Shown here one piece after another: positions 56,209 to 64,000 of a DNA stretch of 64,000 nt. Position numbers and translations under genes: made by a program. Below the pieces are notes generated by a model that worked only from the letters and a program-made list of their open reading frames with translations, ran no database searches and was not told where the DNA came from. Every line of letters begins with the position of its first letter. Within the stretch, counting starts at the first letter, position 1. The DNA comes from an uncultured Prevotellaceae bacterium (GTDB lineage: Bacteria; Bacteroidota; Bacteroidia; Bacteroidales; Bacteroidaceae). The stretch is from assembly GCA_900314985.1 (NCBI GenBank), contig OMXL01000004.1:7502-71501 (forward strand), given 5' to 3'.

Positions 56209-56895
56209 ATGTTTCAGTTTAAGCAGTTTACCATACAGCAGGAGCTATGCGCCATGAAGGTGGGCACCGATGGCGTGTTGCTGGGGTCGTGGGCCAAGGG
56301 TGGTCAGCGCATCCTGGATGCAGGTACGGGTACGGGTGTCATTGCCTTGATGATGGCACAGCGCTACCCAGAGGCGCAAGTGATGGCGATAGATATTGAT
56401 GAGGGAGCCGTCCGTCAGGCACAGCAGAATGTGGCGCAGTCGCCCTTCAGTGGCCGTGTCGAGGTGCTGAGGAAATCAGTGCAGGAGTTTGATGGGGTGA
56501 ATGGGTTTAATGGGCGAGATGGGAGTTATGATGCCATCATTAGCAATCCACCTTTCTTTATCGACTCCTTGGCTGCTCCCGACGAACAACGGAACATGGC
56601 GCGCCATACGCAGACGCTGACCTATGCGGAACTGATGCAGGCGGCCTACAGACTGCTAAGCGACGATGGTGAACTGAGCGTGGTGGTGCCCTTCGACTAT
56701 CGTCAGCGCATGGAGGATGAGGCCATCTTCGTGGGTTTCTTTCCCAGCCGTGTGTGTGCTGTTAAAACCACCGAGAAGAAGCCTGCCAAGCGTTATCTGC
56801 TGGCGTTCAGGAAGCATCCCTGTCCTTGTCAGAAAGAACAACTGACGATAGGCTCAGAAGACTATCAGGCGCTGACTAGCGCCTTTTACCTCTGA
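56209..56895 (+). CDS. trmN6: tRNA1(Val) adenine(37)-N6 methyltransferase
   Basis: MFQFKQFTIQQ..CAMKVGTDGVLLG, LDAGTGTG, ISNPPFF. Confidence 0.9.
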   Translation: MFQFKQFTIQQELCAMKVGTDGVLLGSWAKGGQRILDAGTGTGVIALMMAQRYPEAQVMAIDIDEGAVRQAQQNVAQSPFSGRVEVLRKSVQEFDGVNGFNGRDGSYDAIISNPPFFIDSLAAPDEQRNMARHTQTLTYAELMQAAYRLLSDDGELSVVVPFDYRQRMEDEAIFVGFFPSRVCAVKTTEKKPAKRYLLAFRKHPCPCQKEQLTIGSEDYQALTSAFYL

Positions 56896-56929
56896 TGTCG
56901 AAGTTTCGATGCTTCGATGTTTCGAGGAA

Positions 56930-58339
56930 CTATTTGTGAAAACCCGTCTTGACGAATTCGTCAAACTGGTTCTGATAGCCATTGAACACGTTGATGTCCA
57001 CGTCGCCAGTGATGCCATCGACACGACCGTCAGGACATAGCTGCCAATAGACCAGTCGCACATCGGGCTTGTACTGTCCGTAGCGTGCTATCCACACATT
57101 ATATTTCTTCTTGATGTCGGCAGCATTGGCCATGTGGCGGTTGATAAACATCTGACTGATATAGAGGATGGGGCGCATGCCTGTGTGCTTCTCGACATAT
57201 TCCATGAAGATGCGGATGCGTCGCATGAGTACCTCGTCGCCACCAATCTGCCGAATCTGAGCATCAGTGGGTTCTACGTCGAGCACGGGAGGAAAGTCGC
57301 CTTTGCGGAACAGCGTGTGGTTGACAAAGTATTTGGCCTGCTGCTCTGCTGACGACTTGAGCGAGAAGAAGTGGTAGGCGCCCACATGGATGCCCGCTTT
57401 CTTGGCTCTCAGATAGTCTTGTGCGAAGTAGCGGTTGCGGATGGTCGTACCCTCTGTCGATTTGATATAGAGGAAGGACACGGGGAACGTGCGTCCTTGT
57501 GCGTCGTGACGCTTGCCCAGCGAGGTGATGCGCAGCTTAGAGAAGTCGATGCCAAAACGCTTGCGACCCTTCTCGTGCTGGTGGCGTGAGATGTCGATGC
57601 CATAGATGCGCTCGGTGGTGTATTTCAGTTTCTCACCCAGAAATTTTCCTTCCTTCCATTCGCCTACACGCAGTTGGTGGTTGGGCGAGGAGTCGAAGCC
57701 AAAGCCATGCATCTGGTCGTCTTGCCAGAAGCCTTCCTTATGACAGCCGTCCCACTCGTCCATCATGCCTTGTCCACAGGCTTGCAGCAGTGAGTCCATC
57801 TGTCCGATATAGCGTCCTTGGTGGCCTGTGCGCATGGCATAAACAACGGTGTCACAGTTCCATACGGCCGAGACGATGCGTCCTTGCCAGTCGCGTGCCA
57901 AGCCCTTGCCGTTGAGACTACCCACCAAGAAATGGCCTGCCTTCCAGTAGCCACCACTCATCTTGACAGCTATCATGGGGCGGTCTTTGGCGAGGATGGT
58001 GTCTCTGGTAACTCTAAGGGATTTAGATGGTCTGTATTGTCTATACGATTTGGCTTTCTGTACCAGCTGCGTGTTGTATTGCGCTACATACTGATAGCCC
58101 TCGTCAGAGACGTTATGCACCTTCAGGTAATAGCGCATCTCGTCCATCTCCGCCTCTATGCGGGCTTGCTGCAGAGAGTCGGGGGCTACCGTTTTGTGAT
58201 AGCGAATCTCTACCTTGTTAGGTATATGGGGCGTGGTCTTGCGAGAAGACGGCTGTAGTGGACTCAGTGGGTTGAGTATCACGACAAGTGCCAGCACCAG
58301 CAAGTCGGCAAAGGTTGCTATGGAACGCAGCTTCTTCAT
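56930..58339 (-). CDS. Membrane-anchored GH25 muramidase with MORN-like repeats
   Basis: N-terminal TM; YIGQ/EGFW/GEWKEG repeats; GIDISRHQ, KSTEG, GAYHFF, PPVLDVE, WIARY, VDINVFNG. Confidence 0.88.
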   Translation of the reverse strand: MKKLRSIATFADLLVLALVVILNPLSPLQPSSRKTTPHIPNKVEIRYHKTVAPDSLQQARIEAEMDEMRYYLKVHNVSDEGYQYVAQYNTQLVQKAKSYRQYRPSKSLRVTRDTILAKDRPMIAVKMSGGYWKAGHFLVGSLNGKGLARDWQGRIVSAVWNCDTVVYAMRTGHQGRYIGQMDSLLQACGQGMMDEWDGCHKEGFWQDDQMHGFGFDSSPNHQLRVGEWKEGKFLGEKLKYTTERIYGIDISRHQHEKGRKRFGIDFSKLRITSLGKRHDAQGRTFPVSFLYIKSTEGTTIRNRYFAQDYLRAKKAGIHVGAYHFFSLKSSAEQQAKYFVNHTLFRKGDFPPVLDVEPTDAQIRQIGGDEVLMRRIRIFMEYVEKHTGMRPILYISQMFINRHMANAADIKKKYNVWIARYGQYKPDVRLVYWQLCPDGRVDGITGDVDINVFNGYQNQFDEFVKTGFHK

Positions 58340-58362
58340 TTTCCTTCACTAATCACTATTCG

Positions 58363-59112
58363 TTATTCACTAGCGAAGCGCTCCAGCCAGCTGTCAAGGA
58401 GTTGGCGCGCAATAGATAACTTTTCTGGAATATGTGGCAGGTGGTTGCGGTCGAACCAAGCACCCTTCGATAACTCTGATCGCTGCAGGTGAATCTTACC
58501 ACCGTCGTAGTCAGCAGTGAAGCCCACCATCAGACCACAGGGGTAGGGCCATGGCTGACTGCCAAAATAGCGCAGGTTGGTAATGTGCAGCCCCGTCTCT
58601 TCCATGACCTCACGATAGACGGCCTCTTCCAGTGTCTCGCCAGTCTCTACGAAGCCTGCCACCAGTCCGTAGTGGTCGTCGCGGAAGTTGTTGGCATGTA
58701 CCAGCAACACCTCGTCGCCCTTGCGTACCAACACGATGACGGCAGGAGCCAGCAGGGGCCATATCTCTTTGCCACACTGGTCGCACTTCTTGGAGATGGG
58801 GGTGTCGAAATGCATCGTACCACCACAGACGCCACAGAACTTCGTGCTCTGGTCCCAGTAGAGCAGCTCACGACACTTACCTGCCAGTCGGTAGTCAGCC
58901 TCCGACAGTTTGTAGTAGCTCTGGCGCAGGCCACACATCTCGTAGCGGTCAGAATTGGTGATGGGCTGGTCTATACGATATGCCTTGGCACCGTCAATGT
59001 CCATCACGGTAGTCCAAGGCTTTAGTTCAGTAGGTGCCTCTTCCGGAATTTGATAGCTGTCGCCCGTCTTCTGCAATACAAGGTCACTCTGGCAAAATAC
59101 AAAATATTTCAT
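58363..59112 (-). CDS. nudC: NAD(+) diphosphatase
   Basis: C..CG zinc ribbon, Nudix box AGFVETGETLEEAVYREVMEETG, SQPWPYP. Confidence 0.95.
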   Translation of the reverse strand: MKYFVFCQSDLVLQKTGDSYQIPEEAPTELKPWTTVMDIDGAKAYRIDQPITNSDRYEMCGLRQSYYKLSEADYRLAGKCRELLYWDQSTKFCGVCGGTMHFDTPISKKCDQCGKEIWPLLAPAVIVLVRKGDEVLLVHANNFRDDHYGLVAGFVETGETLEEAVYREVMEETGLHITNLRYFGSQPWPYPCGLMVGFTADYDGGKIHLQRSELSKGAWFDRNHLPHIPEKLSIARQLLDSWLERFASE

Positions 59113-59224
59113 TTCAAAGTTCAATGTTCAAAGTTCAAAGTTCAAAGTTCAATGTTCAATGTTCAAAGTTCAAAGTTCAAAGTTCAATGTTCAAAGTTCA
59201 AAGTTCAAAGTTCAATGTTCAAAG
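59113..59224. repeat. 16-unit heptamer microsatellite TTCAA(A/T)G
   Basis: 11 TTCAAAG + 5 TTCAATG units, contiguous. Confidence 0.95.
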
Positions 59225-60915
59225 ATCATCTTCCTGTCTCGTTCAATGGCTGGTCGTGCCCATGCGTCAGGGATAAAGCGCCAGTTGTTGAAGCTCTTTG
59301 CCTCAATCTGCCCTTCGCGTTCAATCTTCTGTGTCAGATAATAGCGCTGGTCACGCTCACTCATATAGATGATGCGGCTGTTGATGGAGTCGAGGGGAAT
59401 GCCCGCACCCAGGGTGAGCAACTCGCCACCACCATTGCCGCGATAGCTATTCATAGCCACCTTATACCATGCCTTCTCGTCGAAAGGACGTCCGTCGGAG
59501 AACTGCAGGATGCGTACCTTCTGACCCTCTGGCTTGGTGACATCTACCACATAGTCGATGCCTGCTGCTGAGTCGAAGTTGAAGGTGTAGTTCTTGAAGC
59601 CTTCGCGCTGGTTGTCACCAGGTGCCTTGGGAGCAAGAAGCATGATGTGGTCGTCAGCGCTCTGCATGGTATTCGTCCATAGGTCGTAACTCATCTCCAG
59701 GTGTTTGCGTACTTCCTCACCTGTCATGCGGAGTACGTAGATTTTGTTTTCGAAACGGTAGAGTTTGAACATGTCGCTCATATATACTGGCCCTGCTTGG
59801 ATGTCAGTGTCGAAAGCCAGAGGTGCATTGAACGAGATGTCGGCATGCGTATATTCTAACTGCAACTGATGGATGAGGTCTGTGAAGGCTGTAGGGCCAA
59901 AGAAGGCATCGCGAGAGCGCATGGTGGTGGCGAAGGTGCCCAACTGGTGCTCCACATACTGGCGAACGGCATCAATCTGTGGCTGGAAATGCGCCATGTA
60001 TTGCTGGTCGATGGCTTCGCCAGTGACATCGATGAGCTCGCCCTTCTTGCTGATGACCTTGCCATTGCGTACTTGAATGGTTGCTTGAGCGACTTTGACA
60101 GCATTACATGAAGGATCCATGCAAAGCACGCCATTGATGGTGGTATTGCGCTCTGTATGGTCGTGTCCAAAGAAGATGACGTCGAAACCTTCTACCGTCT
60201 CGGCCATCTTCTTAGCGACGTCTTCCTCATAGTTGGGTGTGACGATGCCACCTTCCCAACCGCTATGGAAGAGTCCTACGATGACGTCGGCTTTCTCCTG
60301 CTCCTTCAGCACCTTAATCCATTGGTGTGCACTCTTAATCATATCGTCAAAGCGAAGGCCTGTCCACAGACTCTCGTGCAACCAGTTGGGAATGGCGGGT
60401 GTCAGCATGCCTAAGATGGCGATGCGCACGCCCTCACGCTCGATGATGGTGTAGGGTTTGACGTAGGGCTTGTTCGTCTTGGTGTCGATGATATTGGCAC
60501 CCAGCACCGGACATTTGATTTCCTTGATCCACTTGTCATAGACAGCATGACCTGTCTCTACGTCGTGGTTGCCAAAGGTCTGGGCGTCGTATTGCAGGTA
60601 GTTGACAACCTCTGCGGCAATATTAGGTTCGTCAGTCTTGACAAAATTAGTATAGTAGCAGGTGGGCTGTCCTTGCAGAATGTCGCCATTCTCTAGCAGG
60701 ATGACGTGGTCGCCATAGCTCTTGCGCTGGCGCTTGAGGTAGGTGCTGACACGTGCCATTGTTCCCTGCATGGGACGGCGCTCGGTGAAGTTGTAAGGAA
60801 AGAAAGCTCCGTGGACATCAGAGGTTTCTATCAGTCGGATAGTCACAGTTTTTCCTTTGGCCATCATGGTCATATTAATACAAATGAGTACGAGGATGAT
60901 AATCGTCTTTTTCAT
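59212..60915 (-). CDS. Bifunctional metallophosphatase / 5'-nucleotidase (CpdB/UshA family)
   Basis: ETSDVHG, NGDILQG, GNHDVE, GLFHSG, FFGHDH, C-terminal nucleotidase domain (AMNSYRGNGGG); signal peptide. Confidence 0.92.
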   Translation of the reverse strand: MKKTIIILVLICINMTMMAKGKTVTIRLIETSDVHGAFFPYNFTERRPMQGTMARVSTYLKRQRKSYGDHVILLENGDILQGQPTCYYTNFVKTDEPNIAAEVVNYLQYDAQTFGNHDVETGHAVYDKWIKEIKCPVLGANIIDTKTNKPYVKPYTIIEREGVRIAILGMLTPAIPNWLHESLWTGLRFDDMIKSAHQWIKVLKEQEKADVIVGLFHSGWEGGIVTPNYEEDVAKKMAETVEGFDVIFFGHDHTERNTTINGVLCMDPSCNAVKVAQATIQVRNGKVISKKGELIDVTGEAIDQQYMAHFQPQIDAVRQYVEHQLGTFATTMRSRDAFFGPTAFTDLIHQLQLEYTHADISFNAPLAFDTDIQAGPVYMSDMFKLYRFENKIYVLRMTGEEVRKHLEMSYDLWTNTMQSADDHIMLLAPKAPGDNQREGFKNYTFNFDSAAGIDYVVDVTKPEGQKVRILQFSDGRPFDEKAWYKVAMNSYRGNGGGELLTLGAGIPLDSINSRIIYMSERDQRYYLTQKIEREGQIEAKSFNNWRFIPDAWARPAIERDRKMIFEH

Positions 60916-61061
60916 AAGTATAATTGTGTTTAGGCTAAAAATGAGTCCTTGTTGTTGATTTTGCTCGCAAAGGTAGAGATTATTTTTCAATCCGCCAAGC
61001 TCTTAGGCACGCTTTTTGCTGGTAAAAGGTTAAAAGAAAATAAAAACAAGGAGGTAGTATT

Positions 61062-61730
61062 ATGGCATTTATTGATTACTACAAGATTTTAGGGGTTGAC
61101 AAGACGATACCCCAGAAGGATGTGAAGCGTGCTTACTTGAAGCGTGCCAAGCAGTTTCATCCCGATCTGCACCCTGACGACCCTAAGGCTAAGGCCAAGT
61201 TCCAGGCGCTGACGGAGGCCTACGATGTGATTGGCGATCCGGAGAAGCGTGCTAAATACGATAAGTATGGTGAACAGTGGAAGCAGGCAGAGGCTTATGA
61301 GAAGGCTGGTGGCGGCTTTAGCGGCTATGGTGGCGCACAGGGCAATCCCTTTGAGGGCTTCGACTTCTCGTCGTTTGGTGGTGGAGGTGGTGGCTTCTCG
61401 TCGTTCTTCCAAGACCTGTTTGGCGGTGGCATGCGAGGTGGTCAGGGCTTTGGTGCCCATACCACTTACAAGGAGCAGCCCAAGAATACGCAGGCTACTG
61501 TCACCATCGATATGTACACGGCTTTGCTGGGTGGCGACATCATGGTAACTACGGGTACGGGTGAACGACTGAAACTGAAGGTAAAGCCTGAGACACAGCC
61601 TGGTACAAAGGTGCGTCTGCGTGGTAAGGGTAGGGGTGGTACCGACCTCATCCTGACCTATCAGGTGAAGTTGCCGACAGGACTGACAGAACGGCAGAAA
61701 CAGCTGTTGCAACAGATGCAGCAAGGCTGA
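61062..61730 (+). CDS. DnaJ/CbpA-like co-chaperone (short form)
   Basis: DYYKILGV, HPD motif, G/F-rich linker, a single C-terminal subdomain. Confidence 0.88.
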   Translation: MAFIDYYKILGVDKTIPQKDVKRAYLKRAKQFHPDLHPDDPKAKAKFQALTEAYDVIGDPEKRAKYDKYGEQWKQAEAYEKAGGGFSGYGGAQGNPFEGFDFSSFGGGGGGFSSFFQDLFGGGMRGGQGFGAHTTYKEQPKNTQATVTIDMYTALLGGDIMVTTGTGERLKLKVKPETQPGTKVRLRGKGRGGTDLILTYQVKLPTGLTERQKQLLQQMQQG

Positions 61731-61753
61731 TAGAAATGCAAAATGCAGGGCGC

Positions 61754-62503
61754 TTAACCCTGCATTTGTGTTTTTAGGAATTCTTCTGCGCGTTGCAGGT
61801 CTTCTGGCGTATCGATGCCCACCGTCTCTACGTTGGTAATGCCTACTCGGATGCGGTAGCCGTTCTCCAGCCAGCGCAGTTGTTCCAGGCTCTCTGCTTT
61901 CTCCAGTGACGACTGTGGCAACTGTGTGACTTCGTGGAGCACTTCGCGACGATAAGCATAGACGCCTAAATGCTTCAGGTAGGGGAAATGCTCCAACCAG
62001 GTGGCTGGCTCCTGACCACGAACATAGGGTATCACGCTACGGCTGAAATAGAGGGCGAAACCACGACGGTCACAGGCAATCTTAGGCGAGTTCGGATTCT
62101 GTACGGCCTCCATACTCTCGAAAGGTTTTCCCAAGGTGCCAATCTGTGTGGTGGGGTCATCGAACAGTTGCATCAGCGTGGTAATCTGCGACTGCTGGAT
62201 GAAGGGCTCATCACCCTGGATATTGATGATGACGTCAGCATCGGTGCCTATCTTGCTGGCAGCTTCCTCCAGGCGGTCTGTGCCACTCTTGTGGTCGGTA
62301 CGGGTCATCACGGCCTTGCCGCCAAAAGCTTCTACTGCCTGATAGATACGCTCGTCATCGGTGGCGACGTACGCCTCGTCGAGTATGGCTGAAGCCTGTT
62401 CGTAAACGCGCTGGATGACAGTCTTTCCACCCAGCAGGGCCAATGGTTTGCCAGGGAAGCGTGTTGACGCATATCTGGCGGGTATGATAGCAATAAATTT
62501 CAT
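61754..62503 (-). CDS. kdsB: 3-deoxy-manno-octulosonate cytidylyltransferase
   Basis: IIPARYASTRFPGKPL, ATDD, SGTDR, NIQGDEP, LEQLRWLENG, GIDTPEDL. Confidence 0.97.
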   Translation of the reverse strand: MKFIAIIPARYASTRFPGKPLALLGGKTVIQRVYEQASAILDEAYVATDDERIYQAVEAFGGKAVMTRTDHKSGTDRLEEAASKIGTDADVIINIQGDEPFIQQSQITTLMQLFDDPTTQIGTLGKPFESMEAVQNPNSPKIACDRRGFALYFSRSVIPYVRGQEPATWLEHFPYLKHLGVYAYRREVLHEVTQLPQSSLEKAESLEQLRWLENGYRIRVGITNVETVGIDTPEDLQRAEEFLKTQMQG

Positions 62504-62603
62504 AATTTGTGCAATTTGTCTGCAAAGTTAGTGAATATTTTTTAAAACGCTTTGTAGTATCGATTTTTTTTTATACCTTTGTCAAGTTTAAATGTCTATT
62601 CTT

Positions 62604-63725
62604 ATGAACAAACGATATATACTACTATCTCTAACTACCCTGTTGGCACTGTCGGTGTCGGCACAAAAGATTACCCTTGGCTCCTGCAAAATGAAAGATG
62701 GAGGAGAGTTCAAAGGACAGATGATGGCTGGTAAGCCTCATGGTAAAGGTACAACAACATGGAAGGACGGTGACCGCTTCGAAGGTGAGTATGTGAAAGG
62801 TAAGCGCCAGGGTTATGGCGTCTATACTTTCCATGACGGTGAGAAGTATGAAGGCCAGTGGATGCAAGACCACCAGCACGGCAAGGGAACCTTCTATTTC
62901 AACAATAACAACAAGTATGATGGTCTGTGGTATCGTGACGAACAGGAAGGTCACGGTGTCATGCACTACTATAATGGTGATGTCTATGATGGTCAGTGGA
63001 AACAAAGCCTGCGTCATGGAAAAGGCCGCTATACCTATAAAAGTGGCGCTTACTATGAGGGTGAGTGGATGAACGACCAGAAGAACGGACGTGGCGTCTT
63101 CAACTGGGGCGACGGCTCTTCGTATGATGGTCAGTGGAAAGACAACCGTCAGAACGGAAAAGGCACTTTTCGCTATGCCAATGGCGATGCCTATGTAGGG
63201 CAGTTCACCAATGACCTCCAGAATGGCAAGGGCATCTATAAGTTCCAGAATGGCGACTTCTACGATGGCGACTATGTCAATGGTGAGCGCACAGGACAGG
63301 GCATCTTCCGCTATGCTAATGGCGACCGCTATACGGGTCAGTTTTATAAGGGCGACAAGCACGGACAGGGCACGCTGGTATGGAAGAATGGTAACACCTA
63401 TCAGGGTGAGTGGAAGGCTGACAAACCCAATGGTCGTGGTAAGCTGACCATGAAGAATGGCGACTATTTCGAGGGACAGTTCCGTAATGGTACCATCCAT
63501 GGTGAGGGTATTGCCCGCTATGCTGATGGTTCTAAGTTCCGTGGCCATTTCAAAGATGGCAAGCGTCATGGCCCTGCAATTGAGGAAAACAAAGAGGGGC
63601 TGCGTTTCGAAGGAACCTATGTTGATGACCGACGTGATGGACGCTTTGTAGAGAAAGACCGCAATGGCAATATCACTGCCCAAGGAACCTACGTGCGTGG
63701 TAGACGTCAACTGGATGCGAATTGA
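62604..63725 (+). CDS. Secreted MORN-repeat protein
   Basis: Signal peptide followed by ~14 Y/F.G.W/F......G.G repeats of 23 aa. Confidence 0.9.
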   Translation: MNKRYILLSLTTLLALSVSAQKITLGSCKMKDGGEFKGQMMAGKPHGKGTTTWKDGDRFEGEYVKGKRQGYGVYTFHDGEKYEGQWMQDHQHGKGTFYFNNNNKYDGLWYRDEQEGHGVMHYYNGDVYDGQWKQSLRHGKGRYTYKSGAYYEGEWMNDQKNGRGVFNWGDGSSYDGQWKDNRQNGKGTFRYANGDAYVGQFTNDLQNGKGIYKFQNGDFYDGDYVNGERTGQGIFRYANGDRYTGQFYKGDKHGQGTLVWKNGNTYQGEWKADKPNGRGKLTMKNGDYFEGQFRNGTIHGEGIARYADGSKFRGHFKDGKRHGPAIEENKEGLRFEGTYVDDRRDGRFVEKDRNGNITAQGTYVRGRRQLDAN

Positions 63726-63751
63726 ATAATTAATTAAATAAAAAAGACGCT

Positions 63752-64000
63752 ATGATAATTGACAAATTAGAGAACTTAGAGAAATATGCGACGCTCAATC
63801 CGCTGTTCCCTAAGGTGGTGGAATTCCTGAAAGCGAATGACCTGAGCAAGATGGAGGATGGTAAGTATGAAATTGAGGGCAAAGACCTCTTTGTCAACAT
63901 TACTACCACCAGGGGTAAGACTCCTGATGAGGCTGTCATCGAGACTCACAATAAGATGATTGATATCCAGATACCGCTGACGGCTGCTGAGACATACGGC
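63752..64000 (+). CDS. YhcH/YjgK/YiaL family protein (truncated by window end; not in the ORF track)
   Basis: Manual translation MIIDKLENLEKYATLNPLFPKVVEFL...GKYEIEGKDLFVN...IETHNKMIDIQIPL; E.H...IDIQ motif. Confidence 0.85.
   Translation, partial: MIIDKLENLEKYATLNPLFPKVVEFLKANDLSKMEDGKYEIEGKDLFVNITTTRGKTPDEAVIETHNKMIDIQIPLTAAETYG

Noticed and set aside
59034-59571. ORFs with KVQSSMF/KFKVQ repeats
   Set aside because: Translations of the heptamer microsatellite, overlapping real genes on the other strand.
59212-60915. 5'-nucleotidase as part of the nucleic-acid locus
   Set aside because: Functionally compatible but 23 kb away, separated by housekeeping genes; linkage is not supported by the sequence.
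61089-61724. 211-aa ORF antisense to the DnaJ-like gene
   Set aside because: Codon-mirror ORF with no independent evidence.
62631-63710. 359-aa hydrophobic minus-strand ORF
   Set aside because: Antisense shadow of the MORN repeats; the periodic hydrophobicity mirrors the repeat codons.

Overview
Chromosomal window from a Bacteroidota genome, most likely a Prevotella-type organism (TAnnTTTG -7 promoters, T9SS-type C-termini, GH3/GH16/GH43 genes). About 43 CDS; no rRNA, tRNA or CRISPR array seen. 1-11.6 kb is a glycan-degradation cluster; 12-23 kb and 37-64 kb are mostly housekeeping (aroB, trpB2, trxB, gpx, panB, addAB-like, sigma factor, DEAD helicase, lptF/G, tgt, lon, nudC, kdsB). The best candidate for an under-described system is 22.7-36.8 kb. 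It holds a non-SusC TonB-dependent receptor, three secreted proteins carrying nine copies of a ~115-aa putative OB-fold module, two unrelated secreted nucleases, and a nuclease-uridine kinase-phosphatase operon. By inference this is an extracellular DNA/RNA capture and salvage locus with actively shuffled binding modules. A second pervasive signal is a set of 7-, 8- and 9-mer tandem microsatellites and REP-like palindromes at gene ends and in frame inside conserved genes. There are also two long inverted-repeat elements, a truncated Y1/RAYT transposase and a candidate orphan sRNA. Domain names come from motif recognition by eye; no database search was run.
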